NCBI GenBank assembly: GCA_043228905.1
Contig: JBHGNT010001154.1
Location: 1 to 11,490 of the forward strand
Reading direction: 5' to 3'
DNA: 11,490 bases
DNA from: Azolla caroliniana
Taxonomy: Eukaryota > Plantae > Polypodiophyta
Of the stretch, positions 7,679 to 11,490 are shown in pieces. Positions within the stretch are counted from its first letter, which is position 1. Each line of letters opens with the position of its first letter. Position numbers and translations under genes: made by a program. The notes below the pieces were generated by a model that made no database searches, was not told the DNA's origin, and saw nothing but the letters and a program-made list of their open reading frames with translations.

Positions 7679-10559
7679 ATGCCCCATCGTATCACGCGGT
7701 CTTGGCCACCTGCTCGACGCCCTGAGCCAGTCGAAGGAACTTCCGACTCAGCGGTCACTGACCAATCGTTCCAGGAACTTTCGGAGGCTCATTGGTTGCA
7801 ATCCTCGCCACCCGATACCCAGTCGCGAGTTGATTCTGCACCAACCTCCCCGCCGAGCCCCCTAGAGTTCACCCAACTTGACCCTAACCCTTTTCCGTCC
7901 TTACCCAAGGAACCGGATCTCGATACCATGCCTTACCCTTACCCACGATATACTGACGACCCCGACGCCGAAGCACACACCCGGGCATTCGTGTCCACAT
8001 GGGAGGCCAACCACTCGACGCAGCAGTTATCGGCTGCTGAAATCGAGGCCTCCAAACTTGTGGAATTTGCTTTATCCCTCGATGGCCCGGCTGCTCGAGG
8101 TACTCTCGCCTCGACATGGGGGAGGTCACAACGTTCCAGGACGTCAGGACAAAATTCCTCCAATTATTTCACCGCCAAGTTTCGAAATGGGAACTACTCC
8201 GGAAATTCTTTTCCATGAGCCAAGAACCTCACGAGACGGTCGCCCAGTTCACGATCCGGTTTCAGGATCTCTACCGACAACTGGCCGACGACGTCCCCGC
8301 TCATCACATTCTGGATACCTTCCTATCCAGCTTAAGGGAGCCTCTACAGACGACTCTCGCACTTACAGATTTATCCAACTAGACTATCGAGCAAGTCATC
8401 GCACGCGTCCTTGCAATCGATCAGACACAACATACCACAACTTTCTCCATGGGCTATTTGCAAAGTTCCCTTCCGTAGGAGGACAATCGTTTCCAACAAG
8501 CTCTTCAATGCACAGCCTGCTCAGGCTCAGGCCATCTGGCTCTTGAGTGCCCTCATCAGCCACATTGCCAAATATGTCAGTCCCGAGCTCACACGATCGA
8601 ACAATGTCAGTGCAACATGCTCAACCGCACAATCACGGCTCCGGTTCGCCAGATCGAGCTGCGCAATACGTACTCCCCGCAGGATGAACATAAGTCATAC
8701 CGACATCGGGCAAATGAGCAACCATGATCCCTGGATCGTCAGCGCCACGACAACGACTACCGCCGCGATGACGACTACCATCGCTACGACGACCGGTACC
8801 GTCATGACAATCGCAAGAGATCATATGACCGTGACCAGTACCACGACGATCAATATATAGAGCGAACAATGAGTACGATTGGTACGGTGACGACCGGGAG
8901 GACTAGTACGATCAACGATATTCAGGAAACGACTGACGAAACTCTTATAGAGGTCCGCGGATCAATCGCCGTCAGAACGACAATCGTCGTCGGGACCTCC
9001 CTTCAAACGCCCCGCACACCGCGCCACGGGCCAACACGCCTACCCAAGCGGCCAGGAATCAATCACAACCCTTCCCACACACTGAGCACAGTGACACAAG
9101 CAACTCGACACCCGTTATCTGCTTTAAGTGTAACCAACCCGGCCACTACGCTATCCAATGCCCAACCACGGACCGCAACAAGGCCCCGGTTGTGAATACG
9201 ATTATGGCTGACGTCCAACACGTCACTACACGTAGCAAGACCCACGCCAGCCAATGGCAAGAACAAGATGACGTCCGACAAGCGGCCAGGGAATGGATTG
9301 AAACCGCCAACAAAAGCAACGTGGCATGGATGCACACAGAGATGCAGGATGTGACCATCGACGCACCACCGGCCGCAGGACCATCCACCACGGCAGAAGA
9401 TGATCATCTATGGGAAGCCCTTACAAGCGCTAAGATCTCGCTACCATTACCTAAGCTATTACTACTCATGTTGCGCTTTCAGGATACCTTGGCTAAGTTC
9501 ATGGCTAACGACAAATCGGTCATACCCCCTATTAACCTGACGGAACCAAGGATGGGCCCACCCCTCATGGATTCCCAGAATCTAGCCGTGAAAATCATGA
9601 TTAAAGGACGCAACCTTCATGGGTGCATAATCGACGGTGGCTTCGGTGTGAACGTCATCAGCGAGGCCACATGTCACACCCTCGGCATAAACCAATGGGA
9701 GCCTTGCCCCTTTTGGCTTCGGATGGCCGTTAGACGATCGGTTCGCCCCATCGGATTAATCCGCCACCTCGACTTTACTCTAGGAGGCCACATGTTCACT
9801 ATCTCGGTTGTTGTATTATGACTCGAAGCATAGGCCGCCTACCCAATGTTACTTGGCAGACCATGGTTGCGCACAACAAATATCAAATAGCATTGGCATC
9901 GCAACATGATCTCGTTTCTCCGAGGAAAGACCAAGGTCCGGATCATAACCGAAGAACGCGTAACCACGCCCCAGAACACCCCGCCGTTATACGCGAAAGG
10001 GGTGCACATGCTCGACGAGTTAGCCGATGATGAGGTGGATGACTTCCTAGAAGACCATCCCACTATCATACCCCTCTTCGAAATTGATGCCATATCGGCT
10101 GTCGGCACACCTCTAGACGAGGAGGTCACGGAGAATACACCTCCCCAGGACGAGCCCGATCCCACCACCATCGCAGAATTACGACACGCTCAGGACGCTT
10201 TTGGACGTGAACTTGCCATCTCCCAATGAGTGAAGGCATCAACGCTCGAAACACTGAACCTCAGTTCGGACGAGAACCCTCACACCCTGCAGATTGCTAA
10301 TAACTTACCAGTCGGCGAACAAGCAACCCTCATATGTTTACTCGTTGATTACCAGGATGTATTCGCATGGTCTTACACGGATATGAAGGGTTTGGACCCT
10401 CAATACTACCAACATCAGATCCATCTTCTCCCTGACGCTCGGCCAGTTCAACAAAGATGCTACCGGATGAACCCCAATTATGCGGCTAAGGTCAAGGAAG
10501 AAATAGACAAGCTCCTCCGAGTCAGGTTCATACGACCTGTAAAACGCACCACATGGTTA
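7679..10559 (+). pseudogene. gag-pol: gag-pol polyprotein remnant: capsid, three CCHC knuckles, aspartic protease, RT N-terminus
   Basis: From ATG 7679 the capsid reads DPDAEAHTRAF...FALSLDGPAAR[fs ~8100]YSRL...FQDVRTKFLQLF...QEPHETVAQFTIRF. Knuckles are at 8509-8550, 8566-8607 and 9120-9161, with a frameshift near 8860. VTTRSK is followed by protease IIDGGFGVNVIS (D at 9633) and LLGRPWL. RT-proximal sequence runs from ~10230 to TTWL at 10559. Many in-frame stops. Confidence 0.92.
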
Positions 10560-10649
10560 TGTCAGGAATAGTACTAAAACAGAGATGGAATTAGTACTAA
10601 GAACAGCAGTACTATTAGTACTAAGAGGACGGGACTGTGTAAGATTCCC

Positions 10650-10708
10650 GAGAGAGGAAGTGAGAAGAGGAGAGAGAGAGATAGCGAGAATGAGAGAGAG
10701 AGAGAGAT
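10650..10708. repeat. GA/CT-rich microsatellite-like tract inside the chromovirus LTR
   Basis: GAGAGGAAGTGAGAAGAGGAGAGAGAGAGATAGCGAGAATGAGAGAGAGAGAGAGA seen directly. Confidence 0.85.
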
Positions 10709-10811
10709 GATGACAGCAGCTATATATTATGTGAAAAGATAAGTACAAGCGGCTAAGAGGCTTATGACTGGCGTTGAACCAATTTGGTTCAAAACAATGC
10801 CTTGTGCCTCC

Positions 10812-10818
10812 TTTTATA
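10812..10818 (-). promoter_or_regulatory. Putative TATA box of the chromovirus LTR
   Basis: The minus strand reads CAC-TATAAAA-GGAGG, mid-LTR and in the element's sense orientation. Confidence 0.65.
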
Positions 10819-10925
10819 GTGTTTTTAGGAATAATCCTGAAGCTTCTAGAATGTTCCAGAGAGATCTGGAATATACATCAATTTTCTATGATAAAGTATA
10901 AATGAAAATAATATCCTACAAAATA

Positions 10926-10996
10926 CAATTCATAATCTAATGGTAAGAGCTCGACCCATGTAGCATAAAGTCATGGGTTCGAGTCTTGCCATGACA
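10926..10996 (+). other. tRNA-like (Pol III A-box/B-box) module at the U3 terminus of the LTR, antisense to the element
   Basis: A-box-like TAATCTAATGG (10933-10943) is followed by TAAGAGC, resembling a D-arm. B-box GGTTCGAGTC is at 10976-10985 with tRNA-like spacing (43 nt). No convincing acceptor or anticodon stem. Confidence 0.6.
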
Positions 10997-11009
10997 CTAT
11001 CTCCCCCTT
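10997..11009 (-). promoter_or_regulatory. Polypurine tract
   Basis: Minus-strand AAGGGGGAGATAG lies directly before the LTR-initial TG and overlaps the pol stop codon (TAA, 11010-11008). Confidence 0.9.
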
Positions 11010-11490
11010 AAAGACGACGAGTGGAACGAGTCGGCGCTAATTGCGGACCGGGTTTGTCCGGATACTTTCGATGGAAATCAGCAAGAAGATCTTGTGCATT
11101 GGCAACATTCTCGACGGGTTCCCAAGTACGTTCGCTCGAACTATAACCGAGCCAATCGACCAAGTAATAAAGTTTGTTGCGAACAAGTTTGGAATCGAGG
11201 ATGGCAACAACTTCATACTCCGGGCCGGCGTCCAACTCCAGCGGGGGCGGCGGTGGTGTCACACGATCGGGAATGGTGTTTGCTTTATAAGGTTCAAGAA
11301 GAGAACAATGGAAAACCGGATGTATCTGAAGTTGCGGAGGGAGATCCAGGCGGAAGGTGACATCATTAATCTTCCCCGTAATACGGAAAGGACCGAGTCG
11401 TCGATAATCCAACTTGTCGCACGGTCGAGTAGTCTTCATGTGACGACGTAAGAGCCATACTCGATCTCCGATGGCAAAAGAGGAGGGAAT
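11008..11490 (-). CDS. pol: Pol C-terminus: integrase GPY/F (SH3-like) module plus group I-type chromodomain; partial, open to the window edge
   Basis: The frame is uninterrupted from 11490: IPSSFAIGDRVWLLRRHMKTTRPCDKLDYRRLGPFRI...LDLP...IHPVFHCSLLEPY, then EYEVVAILDSK...YYLVDWLGYSSSERTWEPVENVANAQDLLADFH (chromodomain ~11062-11220). Confidence 0.93.
   Translation of the reverse strand: MPSSFAIGDRVWLLRRHMKTTRPCDKLDYRRLGPFRITGKINDVTFRLDLPPQLQIHPVFHCSLLEPYKANTIPDRVTPPPPPLELDAGPEYEVVAILDSKLVRNKLYYLVDWLGYSSSERTWEPVENVANAQDLLADFHRKYPDKPGPQLAPTRSTRRL

Larger units (their letters stand above)
7112..10559 (+). mobile_element. Ty3/gypsy non-chromovirus LTR retrotransposon (Athila/Tat/Ogre- or Phygy/Selgy-related), 5' part, decayed and interrupted in RT
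   Basis: The order is LTR, PBS, gag, CCHC knuckles, protease, RT. The RT N-terminus DYQDVFAWSYTDMKGLDP...HQIHL...PVQQRCYRMNPNYAAKVKEEIDKLL...FIRPV...W is typical of non-chromovirus gypsy elements. The exact lineage cannot be fixed without a phylogeny. Confidence 0.9.
10560..10996 (-). repeat. 3' LTR (437 bp) of the chromovirus
   Basis: Terminal inverted repeats TGTCA (10560-10564) and TGACA (10992-10996). It abuts the PPT on one side and the interrupted RT on the other. It has a minus-strand TATAAAA and a CT-rich tract downstream of it. Confidence 0.92.
10560..11490 (-). mobile_element. 3' end of a Ty3/gypsy chromovirus (Tcn1-like), inserted in opposite orientation into the RT of the preceding element
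   Basis: Integrase C-terminus with chromodomain, stop codon, PPT and an LTR bounded by TGTCA...TGACA. The host RT frame is broken exactly at the LTR edge. Candidate 5-bp TSD GGTTA at 10555-10559. Confidence 0.93.

Noticed and set aside
7421-7865. ORFs 7421-7615 (-) and 7566-7865 (+) as extra element genes
   Set aside because: They are short, span the LTR/PBS boundary, and have no recognisable domain.
8411-9195. Thr-rich ORFs 8411-8860 and 8869-9195 as mucin-like or novel proteins
   Set aside because: They are alternative frames of the GAC/CGA-rich Gag spacer. The frame carrying the CCHC knuckles is the meaningful one.
7884-10171. Several minus-strand ORFs within the gypsy element as antisense genes
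   Set aside because: No recognisable motifs. Such ORFs are expected shadows of a relatively GC-rich coding strand.
10227-10232. Programmed stop-codon readthrough between protease and RT
   Set aside because: It is one of many in-frame stops in this copy and is simply explained as CGA-to-TGA decay. A family consensus would be needed to revive the idea.
10926-10996. Functional tRNA gene
   Set aside because: No convincing acceptor or anticodon stem, and the T-stem relies on wobble and mismatched pairs. Kept only as a tRNA-like promoter module.
11041-11451. Plus-strand ORFs 11041-11451 and 11094-11360
   Set aside because: They are antisense shadows of the integrase-chromodomain frame with no independent motifs.

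Overview
This window is a repeat-dense eukaryotic (plant) region with no host gene. It is best read as four stacked retrotransposons. (1) A decayed Ty1/copia gag (Tnt1/Tork-like) lies on the - strand at 1-442 and is cut near its N-terminus. (2) It is cut by an apparently 5'-complete, decayed L1-clade LINE on the + strand, with ORF1 at 455-1894 and ORF2 at 1887-6207. ORF2 is followed almost directly by about 6 tandem copies of a ~148-167 bp repeat (6220-7105) and no poly(A) tail is visible. (3) That array is ended by a non-chromovirus Ty3/gypsy element on the + strand: 5' LTR ~7112-7604, tRNA-Arg-type PBS 7610-7622, then a decayed gag with three CCHC knuckles, protease and the start of RT. (4) That RT is cut at 10559/10560 by the 3' end of a Tcn1-like chromovirus on the - strand: LTR 10560-10996, PPT, and an open integrase C-terminus with chromodomain. 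The lineage mix suggests a non-seed plant such as a fern, lycophyte or bryophyte (inference). The most unusual signals are a tRNA-like A-box/B-box module ending exactly at the U3 terminus of the chromovirus LTR, the satellite-like array in the LINE 3' UTR position, and the three-knuckle Gag with an R/D/Y-rich spacer.
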